Notes under the pieces: generated by a model
The model's database searches: none
Told to the model about the DNA's origin: nothing
The model's input: the letters and a program-made list of their open reading frames with translations, nothing else
In this document: piece by piece, positions 42,254 through 43,027 of the stretch
Layout: every line of letters begins with the position of its first letter
How positions within the stretch are numbered: the stretch's first letter is position 1
Assembly: GCA_043814255.1 (NCBI GenBank)
Contig: JBDRKD010000060.1
Span: 1-43,027 of the forward strand
DNA length: 43,027 nucleotides
Source of the DNA: Candidatus Micrarchaeota archaeon
GTDB taxonomy: Archaea; Micrarchaeota; Micrarchaeia; Burarchaeales; JAKAKT01
Direction of reading: 5' to 3'
Position numbers and translations under genes: made by a program

Positions 42254-43027
42254 ATGGCTAATAAAAGACGTAGACTGTCTAAGAAGGCAGCTTTGCCTCC
42301 AGGCACCCTAATTCACATAGGAGAACAAAAGACTGAGAAAGTCAGAATTAGGCTTATCGATTATACAGAGGATCAGCTGGAGGAGAAGGAAGTAAAACAA
42401 ATAGAAGAGTGCTTCGCCTTTAAAGAAAAACCCACTACAACGTGGATAAACATAGATGGACTTCATCGGGTAGAGATTATAGAGAAGATTGGAAAGCAGT
42501 TTGGGATTCACTCCCTTGTTTTAGAGGATATCCTCAACACAGAGCAGAGGCCAAAAATCGAGGACTTTGAAGGCCACCTATTCGTAGTTCTAAAGATGCT
42601 CTCTTACGATGAAAACGAGCTAAAAACAGAGCAATTCAGTCTTATACTCGGCTCTAATTTCCTAATAACATTCCAGGAGAAAGAAGGAGACGTTTTCGAC
42701 CCAGTCAGGGAGAGGATAAGGAAAGGTAAGATAAGGGTCCGAAAGCATGGTGTCGATTACCTCGCCTATGCGCTCATGGATGCAGTAGTCGACAACTACT
42801 TTGTGATTCTTGAGAAGATAGGGGAGAAAATAGAGGATCTCCAGCAGGAGGTCGTCTCAGACCCGAAACCAGAGACACTTCAGGCAATATACAAACTGAA
42901 GCAAACCATGATATCTATACGGAAATCTGTCTGGCCTCTGAGAGAAGTCATAGGGGCTTTACAGAGATCCGATTCTGACTTGATTAAAGAGTCGACAACA
43001 ATCTACCTCAGGGATGTTTACGACCAC
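42254..43027 (+). CDS. corA: Magnesium/cobalt transporter CorA (N-terminal 258 codons; 3' end outside window)
   Basis: Not in the ORF track because no stop is reached. My own translation from ATG 42254 gives MANKRRRLSKKAALPPGTLIHIGEQ...WINIDGLH...LVLEDILNTEQRPKIEDFEGHLFVVLKML...DYLAYALMDAVVDNYF...IYLRDVYDH, the typical CorA cytoplasmic domain. The GMN motif would lie beyond the window. Confidence 0.85.
   Translation, partial: MANKRRRLSKKAALPPGTLIHIGEQKTEKVRIRLIDYTEDQLEEKEVKQIEECFAFKEKPTTTWINIDGLHRVEIIEKIGKQFGIHSLVLEDILNTEQRPKIEDFEGHLFVVLKMLSYDENELKTEQFSLILGSNFLITFQEKEGDVFDPVRERIRKGKIRVRKHGVDYLAYALMDAVVDNYFVILEKIGEKIEDLQQEVVSDPKPETLQAIYKLKQTMISIRKSVWPLREVIGALQRSDSDLIKESTTIYLRDVYDH

Overview
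Compact, probably archaeal genome segment, possibly from an uncultivated or DPANN-like lineage (lineage is inference). Supporting signs are A/T-rich TATA-like boxes about 25 nt upstream of many ATGs, GGAGG/GGTGA ribosome-binding sites, 1-4 nt stop/start overlaps, lipobox-type signal peptides and sequon-rich surface proteins. No rRNA, tRNA or CRISPR array was found.

The window has three parts.

(i) 1-14984 is one co-directional, translationally coupled block. It holds seven tandem paralogs of a polytopic membrane protein, a TM-anchored protein, a ~1995-aa Cys- and N-x-S/T-rich surface protein, and a 786-aa modular Cys-rich protein. I recognise no characterised family in it. This is my best candidate for an undescribed cell-envelope system.

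(ii) 15.0-33.4 kb is mostly recognisable: Lhr-type helicase, a wHTH regulator, a frameshift-disrupted lipoprotein gene, a membrane zincin, a histidine phosphatase, hypF plus hypC-D-E-A-B (no hydrogenase structural genes in the window), a bPH2 protein, and a 951-aa secreted metallopeptidase with a CARDB-like module.

(iii) ~33.5-42.2 kb is visibly more AT-rich and accessory-like, and is bracketed by an imperfect ~50-bp direct repeat. It carries a ParD/RelE-like pair, an AbrB-like remnant, two paralogous Cys-repeat proteins, a MidA-like methyltransferase, exported Cys-rich proteins, PadR plus a DUF5320-like gene, two SD-led micro-ORFs, and a Fic/Imm-like two-gene cassette flanked by perfect 18-bp inverted repeats. 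A 3'-truncated corA follows.

All functional calls come from motif reading by eye. No database search was run.
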